Origin: Quadrisphaera sp.
GTDB lineage: Bacteria; Actinomycetota; Actinomycetes; Actinomycetales; Quadrisphaeraceae
Direction of reading: 5' to 3'
Assembly (NCBI GenBank): GCA_029257185.1
Contig: JARICT010000082.1
Span: 9,100 to 73,099 of the forward strand
DNA length: 64,000 bases
A model generated the notes under the pieces. The model was not told the origin of the DNA. It was given only the letters and a program-made list of their open reading frames with translations, and did no database searches. The position numbers and the translations under genes were made by a program. Below, in pieces: positions 51,873 to 62,119 of the stretch (the first letter of the stretch is position 1; the number at the start of each line of letters is the position of its first letter).

Positions 51873-53834
51873 TCAGCCGATCGGGTCCTGCCCGTAGACG
51901 CGCACGCCGGCGCGGACGAGGTCCTCCTCCACGTCGACCTCCACGGCCGCGTAGGCGGAGATGTCCACCGGCGTCACCTCGAGTCCGTCACCGATCGCGG
52001 TCTCGATGCCGCGCTCGAAGTAGTCCTGGTCGGCGCACGCGGCGAGGTGCTCCAGCAGCAGCGGGCGGTCCGCAGCGGCGATCAGGTTGATGCCGACCGC
52101 CTCGCCCAGACCGCCGAGCACCGTCTTGGACAGCTGCGCGACGAGGCCGCGGCCGTCCACCGTGTACTTCACCTCCTCGTCAGCGACCGCGGAGGTGTCC
52201 ACGCACACGGCGGTCCGCCCGCCGGTGAGCGCGGGGGCGAGCTCGGCGAGCAGAGCGGGGTCGAAGACGACGTCGCCGTTGCACCACAGCACCGGTCCTG
52301 GCCGCGAGGTCACCAGTGCGCGGCGCAGCGACACCGCGGTGTTGGTGCTCGCGTACCGAGGGTTGTACGCGAAGAGCAGGTCCGGCGCCGCCGCCATGAC
52401 CACCGACGCCTTGTGCCCGACGACGGCGGTGATCGCCAGGTCCGCGCCGAAGGTGGCGCGGAGGTGCTGCACCTGGGAGGCCAGGATGCTGCGGCCGTCC
52501 GGCAGCACGGTGAGCGGCTTGGGCAACGACCGGCCGAGCCGGCTGCCGAGGCCGGCGGCGAGGATCACGGCGCTGAGCGTCCCGCCGGGCACGGCCAGCC
52601 CCGTCGGCCCGTTGTCCGCGAGGCGGGTCGGGACCAGCCGGGGGCCGGCATCGCCGACGTGCGCCGCAGCCGTGTGCGGCAGGGAAGAGGTCGTGGTGTC
52701 GCGAGCATGCTGTGGCCCCGTGCGCGCGCGGTCGAGGATCGCGAGGACCCGCTGGCTCGCGTGGCCGTCGTCCAGGTGGCAGTAGCGGTCCCGGAACGCG
52801 TCGTAGCGCTCCCGCCAGGCCGTGCCCAGAGCAGGGAGGTCGGCCAGGGCGTCGATGACGTCCGCCCGGTCGGTCAGCACCGGGCCCGGGCCCTCGACGG
52901 AGAGGTCGACGTACAGGCCGCGCTCGGAGTAGGCGTAGCGCTCGAGGTCGGGCGTGTGCAGGACGATCGGGCGCCTCGTGACGGCGAAGTCGACGATGGT
53001 CGAGGAGTAGTCACCGACCAGCGCGTCCGCCGCGAGGTACAGGTCAGAGGCCTCCGCCTCCGCGGAGACGTCGAGCACCCGCGCCTGCGGCGAACGGCTC
53101 GCGGTCGCGCCGCCCGGGGGCCGGGACCCCACGGAGGGGTGCAGGCGCAGCAGCAGCACGTGGTCGTCGCCGAAGCGGGCCGCGAAGCCTCCGCAGAACC
53201 CGTCGACGTCGACGGAGCTGCCGCCCTCGCGCCACGTCGGGGTCCACAGCACCGCGGTGGTCCCCTCCTCGATGCCCAGGCGAGAGCGCACCCGGTCCCG
53301 CCGCTCGCCGGCGCCGGGCCCCACCAGCACGTCGTTGCGGGGGAGCCCCGTCTGCGCCACCTCACCGTCGTAGCGGAACGCGCTGCGCAGGCGCGACGTG
53401 GAGGCGGCGTTCGGGCTGAGCAGCACGTCCCACCGGGCGACGTCGTCCGCGCCGGGGACCAGCGACAAGCCGGTCGTGGGGTCGCGCACGGCGCCCAGCT
53501 CGTCACCGGCGATGCGCTTGAGGGGGGTGCCGTGCCAGGCCTGGACGTACAGCGCGCCGCGCCTCTTGCGCCAGGCGGGGTCGAGGTGGGTCGTGGAGAT
53601 GACGGCGTCGGCCCGCTGCAGCGCGTCGATCGCGAGCGGGCCGTCCGTCGGGGCGGTCAGCGATCCGGGCGGCACGTCGGCGGCGCGGGCGGGGTCGACC
53701 AGCCAGGTGTGGGTCGAGCGGGGCCCGCGGGCCTCCTCGCGCTCCAGCAGCGCCCGGTGCACCGCGAGCGGGCTGTCGGCGACGCGTCCGGCGACGCAGT
53801 GGTACACGATCTCCACGGGCGGTGCCCCTCTCAT
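51873..53834 (-). CDS. fusion: CDP-alditol phosphotransferase (TagF/TarL-like) + nucleotidyltransferase (MobA/LicC-like NTP-transferase fold)
   Basis: N-terminal ~400 aa: YVQAWHGTPLKRI, GLPRND.L, VLWTPTWRE, LY.AAD.LV.DYSS...DF....RPIV. C-terminal ~240 aa: AVILAAGLGSRLG..LPKPL. The whole is a single frame with no stop. Confidence 0.7.
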   Translation of the reverse strand: MRGAPPVEIVYHCVAGRVADSPLAVHRALLEREEARGPRSTHTWLVDPARAADVPPGSLTAPTDGPLAIDALQRADAVISTTHLDPAWRKRRGALYVQAWHGTPLKRIAGDELGAVRDPTTGLSLVPGADDVARWDVLLSPNAASTSRLRSAFRYDGEVAQTGLPRNDVLVGPGAGERRDRVRSRLGIEEGTTAVLWTPTWREGGSSVDVDGFCGGFAARFGDDHVLLLRLHPSVGSRPPGGATASRSPQARVLDVSAEAEASDLYLAADALVGDYSSTIVDFAVTRRPIVLHTPDLERYAYSERGLYVDLSVEGPGPVLTDRADVIDALADLPALGTAWRERYDAFRDRYCHLDDGHASQRVLAILDRARTGPQHARDTTTSSLPHTAAAHVGDAGPRLVPTRLADNGPTGLAVPGGTLSAVILAAGLGSRLGRSLPKPLTVLPDGRSILASQVQHLRATFGADLAITAVVGHKASVVMAAAPDLLFAYNPRYASTNTAVSLRRALVTSRPGPVLWCNGDVVFDPALLAELAPALTGGRTAVCVDTSAVADEEVKYTVDGRGLVAQLSKTVLGGLGEAVGINLIAAADRPLLLEHLAACADQDYFERGIETAIGDGLEVTPVDISAYAAVEVDVEEDLVRAGVRVYGQDPIG

Positions 53835-54085
53835 CTGTTCTGCTGCGCAGGGCAGACCGGCTGCACGGTCGGGCTGCTGTGCCCACTATGAGGCCTCTGC
53901 GAGCTCGTGGGGACCACGAGAAGGGCACCGGGCTCCCAGCCTTCTCTCCCCGTCACCTCGCGAGCACCGCGAGTGACTCACAGGTCACGAGCGCGAGCGG
54001 CGTGGTCCGTTTGACACCGGTCACGACCACGGAGAAGGTACGTCCACCAGCAACGACGTGACCGCCAACGGAGGCGAGACGCTCC

Positions 54086-55393
54086 ATGAGATCCACACCA
54101 GCCCGCAGGGTCGTCTCGATCCTCGGTGCCAGCGCCCTCGCCGCATCGATGCTCTCCGGCTGCGGGGGCGATCCTGCCGGGGCCGCACCGGAGCTCACCT
54201 GGTACATCAACCCCGACGCGGGCGGCCAGGCGGAGATCGCGAAGCGCTGCACCGAGGCCTCGGAAGGCCGCTACACCATCGCGACGCCGCTGCTCCCGCG
54301 CGAGTCGGCCGACCAGCGCCTCCAGCTGGTGCGCCGGTTGGCGGCCAACGACTCCTCGATCGACATCATGAGCCTCGACCCGCCCTACATCCCGGAGTTC
54401 TCGCAGGCAGGCTTCTTGGCGCCCGTCCCTGCCGAGGTCGCCGAGCGGGTGAGCGAGGGCGTCGTCGACAGCGCGCTCGAGGGCGCCTCGTGGGACGGGG
54501 AGCTGGTCACCGTCCCGTTCTGGGCCAACACCCAGCTGCTGTGGTACCGCAAGTCCGTCGCTGAGGCCGCTGGCCTGGACATGAGCCAGCCGGTCACGTG
54601 GCAGCAGCTCATCGACACCGCGAAGGAGAACGACACCCAGCTGGCCGTCCAGGGCATCCGCGCCGAGGCGCTGACGGTGTGGGTGAACGCGCTGGTCGAG
54701 TCCGCTGGCGGTGAGGTCATCACCCAGGCCTCTCCGGAGGATCCCGAGCAGGTCCAGCTCGGTCTCGACAGCGAGGCGGGGGCGAAGGCCGCGACGGTCC
54801 TGCGGGAGATCGGGCGCTCCGGCGTCGGCGGCCCGGCCCTCTCGACGTCGGGGGAGTCCGAGAACGCCACGGCTTTCCAGGGCGAGCGGGCGGGCTTCAT
54901 GGTCAACTGGCCCTTCGTGTGGCCCCAGGCGCTGGACGGTGTGGAGGGCGGGACCCTCGAGCCCTCGGTGCCTGAGGACTACGGCTGGGCGCAGTACCCC
55001 CGGGTCGACGCGGACGCGCCGAGCGCCCCGCCCTACGGCGGGATCAACCTCGGCGTCGGCGCGTTCAGCGAGAACGCCGACCTCGCCTACGAGGCGACCG
55101 AGTGCATCACCTCCGCCGAGAACCAGACCTACTACTTCGTCACGAACGGGAACCCGGCCTCCAAGGAGGCGGTGTTCGACGACCCCGCGGTGACGGAGGC
55201 GTTCCCCATGGCCTCGGTGATCAGGGACTCCCTGCAGGATGCCGCCCCCCGGCCGCAGACGGCGTACTACAGCGAGGTCTCCGAGAGCATCCAGCGCGAC
55301 TACCACCCGCCGGGCTCCGTGCAGCCGGGGCGCACCGGCGCTGAGGCGACAGAGCTGATCAAGGCCGTCCTCGCGAAGGAGGAGCTGCTGTGA
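54086..55393 (+). CDS. sugar ABC transporter substrate-binding lipoprotein (LpqY-like, possibly trehalose)
   Basis: Lipobox MLSGCGG, a family-1 SBP, and the gene order SBP-permease-permease-ATPase, as in mycobacterial lpqY-sugABC. The substrate is not determinable from the sequence. Confidence 0.85.
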   Translation: MRSTPARRVVSILGASALAASMLSGCGGDPAGAAPELTWYINPDAGGQAEIAKRCTEASEGRYTIATPLLPRESADQRLQLVRRLAANDSSIDIMSLDPPYIPEFSQAGFLAPVPAEVAERVSEGVVDSALEGASWDGELVTVPFWANTQLLWYRKSVAEAAGLDMSQPVTWQQLIDTAKENDTQLAVQGIRAEALTVWVNALVESAGGEVITQASPEDPEQVQLGLDSEAGAKAATVLREIGRSGVGGPALSTSGESENATAFQGERAGFMVNWPFVWPQALDGVEGGTLEPSVPEDYGWAQYPRVDADAPSAPPYGGINLGVGAFSENADLAYEATECITSAENQTYYFVTNGNPASKEAVFDDPAVTEAFPMASVIRDSLQDAAPRPQTAYYSEVSESIQRDYHPPGSVQPGRTGAEATELIKAVLAKEELL

Positions 55394-56352
55394 GCACCAC
55401 GACGCTGCCACCGGCGGGGAAGAGGACCGAGCCCGAGTCCACTCCGCCCGAGGGGCTCTCCGACCGGTCGCGCGCCGAGCGCCGCCTGGGCTGGTACCTC
55501 GCGGGGCCCGCCTTCGTCATCATGCTGCTGGTCACCGCCTACCCGATCGCCCAGGCCTTCTACGACTCGCTCTTCGACTTCCGGTTGACCGACCCTGACA
55601 GCCGTTCGTTCGTGGGGCTGTCGAACTACTGGGTGGTCATCACCGATCCCATCTGGTGGACCTCGATCGCCGTGACGCTGGCGCTGACCATCGTGACGGT
55701 GGCCGTCGAGCTGGTGCTCGGTTTCGCGCTCGCGCTGGTCATGGTCAAAGCGCTCTCCACCATCCGGCCCGTCCTGCGCGCGGCGATCCTCATCCCGTAC
55801 GCGGTCATCACCGTCGTCTCCGCGTTCGCCTGGCAGTACGCGTTCTCCCTCGACTCCGGCTTCGTCAACAGCTGGTTCAGCTGGGTGCCCGGGATCACCG
55901 AGAACACCTCGTGGTTCGACGGCACGGTCAACTCCCTGTTCGTCGTGAGCCTCGCGGAGATCTGGAAGACCACGCCGTTCATCTCCCTGCTGCTCCTGGC
56001 CGGGCTCGCCCAGGTCCCTGAGGTGCTGCAGGAGGCGGCGCGGGTCGACGGGGCCACCTGGTGGCAGCGGATGTGGCGGGTCACCATCCCCAACATGAAG
56101 GCGGCGATCATGGTCGCGCTGCTGTTCCGCAGCCTCGACGCGTTCCGCATCTTCGACTCGATCTTCATCATGACCGGCGGGGCCAACAGCACGGAGACCG
56201 TGTCGTTCCTGGCCTACCGCCAGACGATCGCGCGGCTCGAGATCGGGCTCGGGTCGGCGGTCTCGGTGCTGCTGTTCCTCTGCGTGGTGCTGATCGCGTT
56301 CGTGTTCATCAAGGGTTTCAAGGTTGACCTGGCGTCGGCGAGGGGTGAGTGA
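55390..56352 (+). CDS. sugar ABC transporter permease (SugA/MalF-like)
   Basis: Six TM helices and an EAA-type loop (EAARVDGATWWQRMWRVTIP). There is a GTGA overlap with the SBP gene. Confidence 0.9.
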   Translation: MSTTTLPPAGKRTEPESTPPEGLSDRSRAERRLGWYLAGPAFVIMLLVTAYPIAQAFYDSLFDFRLTDPDSRSFVGLSNYWVVITDPIWWTSIAVTLALTIVTVAVELVLGFALALVMVKALSTIRPVLRAAILIPYAVITVVSAFAWQYAFSLDSGFVNSWFSWVPGITENTSWFDGTVNSLFVVSLAEIWKTTPFISLLLLAGLAQVPEVLQEAARVDGATWWQRMWRVTIPNMKAAIMVALLFRSLDAFRIFDSIFIMTGGANSTETVSFLAYRQTIARLEIGLGSAVSVLLFLCVVLIAFVFIKGFKVDLASARGE

Positions 56353-57185
56353 TGCGCACCAAGGAAAAGGTGTGGTGGGCGGTCATCGGGGTGGCCATCG
56401 TGGTCTACGCGCTCTTCCCCGTGGCCTGGATCGTGTCGCTGTCGCTGAAGTCGCCCGCGGACATCTCGAACGGGCAGTTCCTCCCGACCAAGACCACCTG
56501 GGAGAACTACCAGACGATCCTCACGGGGAGCGCCTCGGACCTATTCCTGCCGGCGCTGCGGAACTCGTTCGGGATCTGCCTCATCGCCACCGCGATCTCG
56601 TGCCTGCTCGCGATGTTCGCCGCGTACGCCATCGCGCGGCTCGACTTCCCGGGGAAGAAGCTGATCCTCTCCACGGCGCTGGGGGTGGCGATCTTCCCGG
56701 TGATCTCCATCGTGACGCCGCTGTTCAACCTGTGGCGCCAGATCGGGCTCTACGACACCTGGCCCGGCCTCATCATCCCCTACCTCTCCCTCACGCTGCC
56801 GCTGTCCATCTGGACGCTGTCGGCGTTCTTCCGCGAGATCCCCTGGGAGATGGAGCAGGCCGCGCAGGTCGACGGCGCCACCAGCTGGCAGGCGTTCCGC
56901 AAGGTCATCGTGCCGCTGGCCGCACCGGGGGTCTTCACCACGGCGATCATCGCGTTCTTCATCGCCTGGAACGACTTCGTGTACGGCATCTCGCTGACCT
57001 CCACGGGCGCGTCCCGCCCGGTGCCGGCAGCGCTCGGGCTGTTCTCCGGGGCGTCGCAGTTCGAGTCACCGGTCGGTGCCATCTCGGCGGCGGCGGTCAT
57101 CGTCACGATCCCGGTGGTCGTCCTCGTCCTCATCTTCCAGCGCCGGATCGTCGCCGGCCTGACCAACGGCGCCGTCAAGGGCTGA
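56349..57185 (+). CDS. sugar ABC transporter permease (SugB/MalG-like)
   Basis: EAA loop EQAAQVDGATSWQAFRKVIVP. The start is GTG at 56349 or ATG at 56352, overlapping the upstream stop. Confidence 0.9.
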   Translation: MMRTKEKVWWAVIGVAIVVYALFPVAWIVSLSLKSPADISNGQFLPTKTTWENYQTILTGSASDLFLPALRNSFGICLIATAISCLLAMFAAYAIARLDFPGKKLILSTALGVAIFPVISIVTPLFNLWRQIGLYDTWPGLIIPYLSLTLPLSIWTLSAFFREIPWEMEQAAQVDGATSWQAFRKVIVPLAAPGVFTTAIIAFFIAWNDFVYGISLTSTGASRPVPAALGLFSGASQFESPVGAISAAAVIVTIPVVVLVLIFQRRIVAGLTNGAVKG

Positions 57186-57224
57186 GCCCGCGCCCCACCA
57201 CGTCCCCACCCAAGGAGCCCTGCG

Positions 57225-58487
57225 ATGGCCGCCATCGAGATGAAGAACATCGTCAAGAAGTACGGTGACGGTTTCCCCGCCGTCAACGACATCAGCCTGG
57301 ACGTCGCCGACGGCGAGTTCATGATCCTCGTGGGACCGTCCGGCTGCGGGAAGTCGACCCTGCTGCGGATGATCGTGGGGCTCGAGGACATCACCTCGGG
57401 CGACATGATCATCGGCGGGACGAAGGTGAACGACAAGGCGCCCCGTGACCGCAACCTGTCGATGGTGTTCCAGAACTACGCGCTCTACCCCCACCTGTCG
57501 GTGTACGAGAACATCGCCTTCCCGCTGCGGCTGAAGAAGATGGACGACCAGGAGGTGAAGCGACGCGTGGACGAGGCGGCCGACGTCCTCGACCTCCACG
57601 AGCACCTCCAGCGCAAGCCCGGGAACCTCTCCGGTGGCCAGCGCCAGCGCGTCGCCATGGGACGGGCCATCGTCCGCCAGGCCGAGGCGTTCCTCTTCGA
57701 CGAGCCGCTGTCCAACCTCGACGCCAAGCTCCGCGGCCAGATGCGTACCGAGATCGCCCGTCTCCAGCGCCGGCTCGGGATCACCACCGTCTACGTCACC
57801 CACGACCAGACCGAAGCCATGACGCTCGGCGACCGGGTGTGCGTGCTGCGCAAGGGGATCATCCAGCAGGTCGCGTCCCCCCGCGAGCTCTACGAGCAGC
57901 CCGTCAACCTCTTCGTCGCCGGCTTCATCGGGTCACCACCGATGAACTTCCTCCCGGCCGTCCTCGAGGACGGGGGGCTGGCGACCCCCTTCGGCCACAT
58001 GGCTCTGGAGGGGGACCGTGCGGAGGCCGTCGCCGGCAAGGACCTCCTCCTCGTGGGCATCCGTCCGGAGGCGTTCGAGGACGCCTCCCTCGTCGAGGAC
58101 TCCAAGCGCCACCTCGGCCACACGTTCACGTCCCGCGTCGACGTGACGGAGTGGCTCGGGGACTCGCAGTTCGCCTACATCCCCTACGAGGCGCCCGAGG
58201 AGATCACCGCGCAGCTGCGCGACCTGTCGAAGGAGCTCGACGCAGAGACGCTCCGCACCCAGGCGATCGTGTCGATCGACGCGGCCAGCCGGATCCGTGA
58301 GGGGCGCGATGCCGAGTTCTGGCTGGACTCTCGCAAGGTCCACGTGTTCGACCCGCAGACCGGGGAGAACCTGACGCGGGACGACGCGGCCGGCGAGGAG
58401 CTGACCCGGATGGCCGAGGAGGACCGCATCGACCAGGTGCAGGACGCCCGGCGCCAGTCCGATCCGGCGGGGGAGCGCACCGCCTGA
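57225..58487 (+). CDS. sugar ABC transporter ATP-binding protein (SugC/MalK/MsiK-like)
   Basis: [36 protein letters not shown], plus a C-terminal regulatory (TOBE-like) domain. Confidence 0.9.
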   Translation: MAAIEMKNIVKKYGDGFPAVNDISLDVADGEFMILVGPSGCGKSTLLRMIVGLEDITSGDMIIGGTKVNDKAPRDRNLSMVFQNYALYPHLSVYENIAFPLRLKKMDDQEVKRRVDEAADVLDLHEHLQRKPGNLSGGQRQRVAMGRAIVRQAEAFLFDEPLSNLDAKLRGQMRTEIARLQRRLGITTVYVTHDQTEAMTLGDRVCVLRKGIIQQVASPRELYEQPVNLFVAGFIGSPPMNFLPAVLEDGGLATPFGHMALEGDRAEAVAGKDLLLVGIRPEAFEDASLVEDSKRHLGHTFTSRVDVTEWLGDSQFAYIPYEAPEEITAQLRDLSKELDAETLRTQAIVSIDAASRIREGRDAEFWLDSRKVHVFDPQTGENLTRDDAAGEELTRMAEEDRIDQVQDARRQSDPAGERTA

Positions 58488-58505
58488 CGCGCGCTGGCAC
58501 CGCCC

Positions 58506-59219
58506 TCAGGGCCGGGAGCCGCGCCGACGCTCGCTGAGTGCCGCCGAGGCCGTCTCCACGGACGTGGGCGCTGGTTCCTTCCGCAGGAAGTAGGCGCCCA
58601 CCGCGCCGGCGAGGGTCCCGAACACCGCCACCGAGTAGGCGGCCAGGACGATCTCGATGATGTCGGCCACTCCTCCGGTGGCGGAGAGCGGTTCGCCGGT
58701 CATGGTGGCGAGGGCGGCGTCGTGAAGGGCCAGCGCGTAGTCGGGGTAGGCGCCGAGCACGAGCAGCAGCTGGCTCGACGCGAGCATGACGACGACGGTG
58801 ACCACACCGAGCCACGTGATGCGCCCGGAGAGCAGCCGGCCCGCTGAGCGAGAGCCCCTCACCGCGGAGGACAGCACCCCTCCGGCCCGGGCGAGCCGCA
58901 GCGTCCGCAGCGCCCGGGCAAAGCGGAGGAAGGGTAGGGCGAGGAAGAGCACCTGCCACCAGTTCCGCGCCCAGAACCGCTTCTGCTCCTTCGCCACGTA
59001 CGCCCGCAGCGCGAACTCGGCGACGAAGACCGCCCACAGCACCCAGCCCAGCACCGCCAGCGAGGTGACCAGCCACGGCGCCGTGGCCAACGACTGCGCC
59101 AGGACGAGGAACGCGAAGAGCACGCCGAGCACGCCCATCGGCTTGTCCAGCTCCCGGGCGAGCTCCTCGGCGCGGGTCAGCTCCGGGGTCAGCGGCGCTG
59201 CGCCGGCCCTCATGAGCAC
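58506..59219 (-). CDS. voltage-sensor-containing ion-transport family protein with non-canonical pore
   Basis: S1-S3 helices are followed by an S4-like LRFARALRTLRLARAG with R at every third position. S5, a P-region ALATMTGEPLSATGG and S6 follow. There is no TVGYG or TLESW filter. Confidence 0.65.
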   Translation of the reverse strand: MLMRAGAAPLTPELTRAEELARELDKPMGVLGVLFAFLVLAQSLATAPWLVTSLAVLGWVLWAVFVAEFALRAYVAKEQKRFWARNWWQVLFLALPFLRFARALRTLRLARAGGVLSSAVRGSRSAGRLLSGRITWLGVVTVVVMLASSQLLLVLGAYPDYALALHDAALATMTGEPLSATGGVADIIEIVLAAYSVAVFGTLAGAVGAYFLRKEPAPTSVETASAALSERRRGSRP

Positions 59220-59234
59220 ATCACGCCGGCCGGG

Positions 59235-60659
59235 TCACAGGTCGTAGTAGAGCTCGAACTCGTGCGGGTGCGGGCGCAGGCGGATGGGGTCGATCTCCTG
59301 CGTGCGCTTGTAGTGGATCCACGTCTCGATGAGGTCCTCGGTGAACACGCCGCCCTCGGTGAGGTAGTCGTGGTCGGCCTCGAGGGCGTCGAGGGCCTCG
59401 CCCAGGGAGGCGGGGCACTGAGCGATGTTCGCGTGCTCCTCCGGCGGGAGCTCGTAGAGGTCCTTGTCGATCGGGTCCGCCGGCTCGATGCGGTTCTGGA
59501 TGCCGTTCAGCCCCGCCATGAGCATCGCCGCGAACGCGAGGTACGGGTTCGAGCTCGGATCCGGTACCCGGAACTCGATCCGCTTGGCCTTCGGGTTCGT
59601 GCCGGTGATGGGGATCCGCACGCACGCGGACCGGTTCCGCGCCGAGTACACGAGGTTGATCGGCGCCTCGTAGCCCGGCACGAGGCGGTGGTAGCTGTTC
59701 ACCGTGGGGTTCGTGAGGGCCAGGAGCGACGGTGCGTGGTGCAGCAGGCCGCCGATGTACCAGCGGGCGGTGTTCGAGAGGCCGCCGTAGCCCGACTCGT
59801 CGTAGAAGAGCGGCGTGCCGTCCTTCCACAGGCTCTGGTGGACGTGCATGCCGGAGCCGTTGTCACCGAACAGCGGCTTCGGCATGAAGGTCGCCGTCTT
59901 GCCGGCGTTCCACACGACGTTCTTGACGATGTACTTGAACAGCATCAGCTTGTCGGCCGACCTCGCGAGCGAGTCGAACCGGTAGTTGATCTCCGCCTGC
60001 CCGGCTGTGCCCACCTCGTGGTGCGCCCGCTCCACCTGGAGCCCCTGGGCGTCGAGGGCGAGGGAGATCTGGTCACGCAGGTCCGCGAAGTGGTCCGTCG
60101 GGGGCACCGGGAAGTAGCCACCCTTGAAGGGGGTCTTGTACCCCCGGTTTCCACCCTCCTCGATGCGGCCGGTGTTCCAGGCCGCCTCGATGGAGTCGAT
60201 GTGGTAGAAGCTCTCCTGGGGGCTGGTCTTGAAGCGGACGTCGTCGAAGACGTAGAACTCCGCCTCCGGCGCGAAGATGGCGGTGTCGGCGATGCCCGTC
60301 GACCGGAGGTAGGCCTCTGCCTTGGCCGCCACCTGCCGCGGGTCGCGGCCGTAGGGCTCGTCGGTGATGGGGTCGACGATGGACATGTTGATGTTCAGGG
60401 TCTTCTCGGCGCGGAACGGGTCGAGATAGGCGGTCTCGAGGTCAGGCATGAGCTTCATGTCGGACTCGTGGATGGTCGTGAAACCGCGGATCGAGGAGCC
60501 GTCGAACATCTGCCCGTCGGTGAAGAAGCTTTCGTCGACCGATGCCGCCGGAACGTTGAAGTGTTGCATCACCCCGGGCAGGTCGCAGAAGCGCACGTCC
60601 ACGAACTTGACATCGTGCTCGGCGATGTACTGCGTGACGTCCGATGCGTCGTTGAACAT
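59235..60659 (-). CDS. glnA: glutamine synthetase type I
   Basis: [48 protein letters not shown], and the adenylylation-loop region [10 protein letters not shown]. Confidence 0.95.
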   Translation of the reverse strand: MFNDASDVTQYIAEHDVKFVDVRFCDLPGVMQHFNVPAASVDESFFTDGQMFDGSSIRGFTTIHESDMKLMPDLETAYLDPFRAEKTLNINMSIVDPITDEPYGRDPRQVAAKAEAYLRSTGIADTAIFAPEAEFYVFDDVRFKTSPQESFYHIDSIEAAWNTGRIEEGGNRGYKTPFKGGYFPVPPTDHFADLRDQISLALDAQGLQVERAHHEVGTAGQAEINYRFDSLARSADKLMLFKYIVKNVVWNAGKTATFMPKPLFGDNGSGMHVHQSLWKDGTPLFYDESGYGGLSNTARWYIGGLLHHAPSLLALTNPTVNSYHRLVPGYEAPINLVYSARNRSACVRIPITGTNPKAKRIEFRVPDPSSNPYLAFAAMLMAGLNGIQNRIEPADPIDKDLYELPPEEHANIAQCPASLGEALDALEADHDYLTEGGVFTEDLIETWIHYKRTQEIDPIRLRPHPHEFELYYDL

Positions 60660-60831
60660 CCATCCTCCTGATGGGACCGCGTGCTGCTGACCGGGTGCCG
60701 GCAGGCGGGGCGGTCGGGGTGTGTCGGTGGGACAACCTAGGCGGCGGTCGCGTCGCCGACATCATCGGCACGGCCTCCGCGCTGCGACGGGTCTGCGGGG
60801 GCGGCGAGGCTCCCCGTCTACCGTGGGCGGC

Positions 60832-61254
60832 GTGAGCGCCGTCCCATCCCCCGCGACCGGCGGGACGCCCGCGAGCGGATGGCCCGGACGGCGGCTGGGG
60901 CTGCCCCCCGAGGGGACGGGGTCCATCGCGCGCCTCGGACGGCGGCTCGCGGCGCTCCTGGTGGACTGGGCGGCGGCCAACCTCATCTCCTACGCCTTCC
61001 TCGGCGGCGACCCGTGGGTCACCCTCGCCCTCTTCACCGCGATCCAGCTGGTCTTCGTCGCCCTCACCGGCTCCTCGCCCGGCCACCGCGTCCTGGGGAT
61101 GCGGGTGGCTCGCCTGGACGGGGCGCGGACGGGGCTGCTGGACGCGACCGTCCGCGGGGCGCTCATCGCCCTGGTCATCCCGCCCGTGGTGGTCGACGTC
61201 GACCAGCGGGGCCTGCACGACCGGGCACGAGGGACGGTCCTCGTGCGCCGCTGA
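60832..61254 (+). CDS. RDD-family membrane protein
   Basis: RLGRRLAALLVDW.....I......SPGHRVLGMRV. It is divergent from glnA, as in other actinobacteria. The GTG at 60832 is preferred over the track start at 60721. Confidence 0.7.
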   Translation: MSAVPSPATGGTPASGWPGRRLGLPPEGTGSIARLGRRLAALLVDWAAANLISYAFLGGDPWVTLALFTAIQLVFVALTGSSPGHRVLGMRVARLDGARTGLLDATVRGALIALVIPPVVVDVDQRGLHDRARGTVLVRR

Positions 61255-61293
61255 GGGGCGACGAGCAGGGGTGCGGGCCACCGTGACGGGCCC

Positions 61294-62067
61294 TCAACGG
61301 CCTCGGGATGCCTTGCGGTCCGGGCGCGCACGCATCGGGTCGATCCCCTTGGGCACCGGCATCTTGATGCCCCCGAGAGCTCTCAGCCGCTTGTTCACGG
61401 CCGAGACCTCCGCGCGGGTCAGCGTCGGCTTGAGGCGCATGACCCGGCGGGGGAGCTTCCCGACCGGGACGAGGTCGTCGCCGCGCCCGGTGCGCAGGAG
61501 GTGCACGGGCACGTCGGGCAGCACGCGGGTCACGCGGCGTCTCTCGCCCTCGAGCAGACGGTTCACCCGCGGGACCGGGCCGTCGGAGACCAGCACCACC
61601 CCGGGGCGCCCCACGGCCCGGAAGACGAGGTCGCGGGTGCGCGGGTCCATGGCCACCGGCTCGTCCGTGACGGTCCAGCCGCGGCGCAGCGTCTTGAGCG
61701 CCTGTCCCGCGGCGCCGGGGGTGCCCTCGATCTGCTGGTAGGCAGCGCGCTCCGCGCGGCGGGTCAGGGTGATGAGAGCGCCGAGAACGCCCAGCATGAG
61801 GCCGATGAACCCGAGGTAGATCGGGTGGCCGACGGCGAAGCCGATCAGCAGCAGGAGCACCAGCGGGCCGACGCCGGCGAGCAGGAGCCACCACCGCACG
61901 GCCGGGTCCACCCGCGCCGTCATCGTGTAGACGTTCTTCACCTGCGCGATGCGCCCCGGTCCGGTGCGCGGTGGCTTCGACGAGCGGCGGCGCAGCAGCC
62001 CCCGCCGCGGCGGTCTCGCCGTCGCCGCTGCGGGGGCGGCTGGTCCTCGGGTACGCGTGCTGGCCAT
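61294..62067 (-). CDS. DUF4191 membrane protein (Rv2219-like)
   Basis: Basic N-terminus, two TM helices, then GAAGQAL..LRRGW.V......M.......V.R.VGRPGVVLV. It lies between lipA and glnA, as in mycobacteria. The ATG at 62067 was verified. Confidence 0.65.
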   Translation of the reverse strand: MASTRTRGPAAPAAATARPPRRGLLRRRSSKPPRTGPGRIAQVKNVYTMTARVDPAVRWWLLLAGVGPLVLLLLIGFAVGHPIYLGFIGLMLGVLGALITLTRRAERAAYQQIEGTPGAAGQALKTLRRGWTVTDEPVAMDPRTRDLVFRAVGRPGVVLVSDGPVPRVNRLLEGERRRVTRVLPDVPVHLLRTGRGDDLVPVGKLPRRVMRLKPTLTRAEVSAVNKRLRALGGIKMPVPKGIDPMRARPDRKASRGR

Positions 62068-62119
62068 GGGGTTCAGGGTACGGCTCCGCGGGGCGGCGAT
62101 CCGCTGCCGGGCGGGTCGG

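Noticed and set aside
53957-53988. Short palindromes (CACCTCGCG..CGCGAGTG and GTGAC-TCACAG-GTCAC) upstream of the sugar-binding-protein gene, as a possible sugar-repressor operator.
   Set aside because: The arms are only 5-8 bp, one of them imperfect, and no regulator gene is nearby. This is within chance expectation for GC-rich sequence.
54086-58487. The SBP-permease-permease-ATPase locus as something unusual.
   Set aside because: This is an ordinary CUT1-family sugar importer with LpqY-SugABC-like organisation. Only the substrate is uncertain.
60660-60831. A GlnR or AmtR operator upstream of glnA.
   Set aside because: Only weak resemblance was seen (GTTGTC...GACAC on the glnA strand). There is no convincing gTnAc-n6-GaAAc pair, so it is not reportable without a PWM scan.
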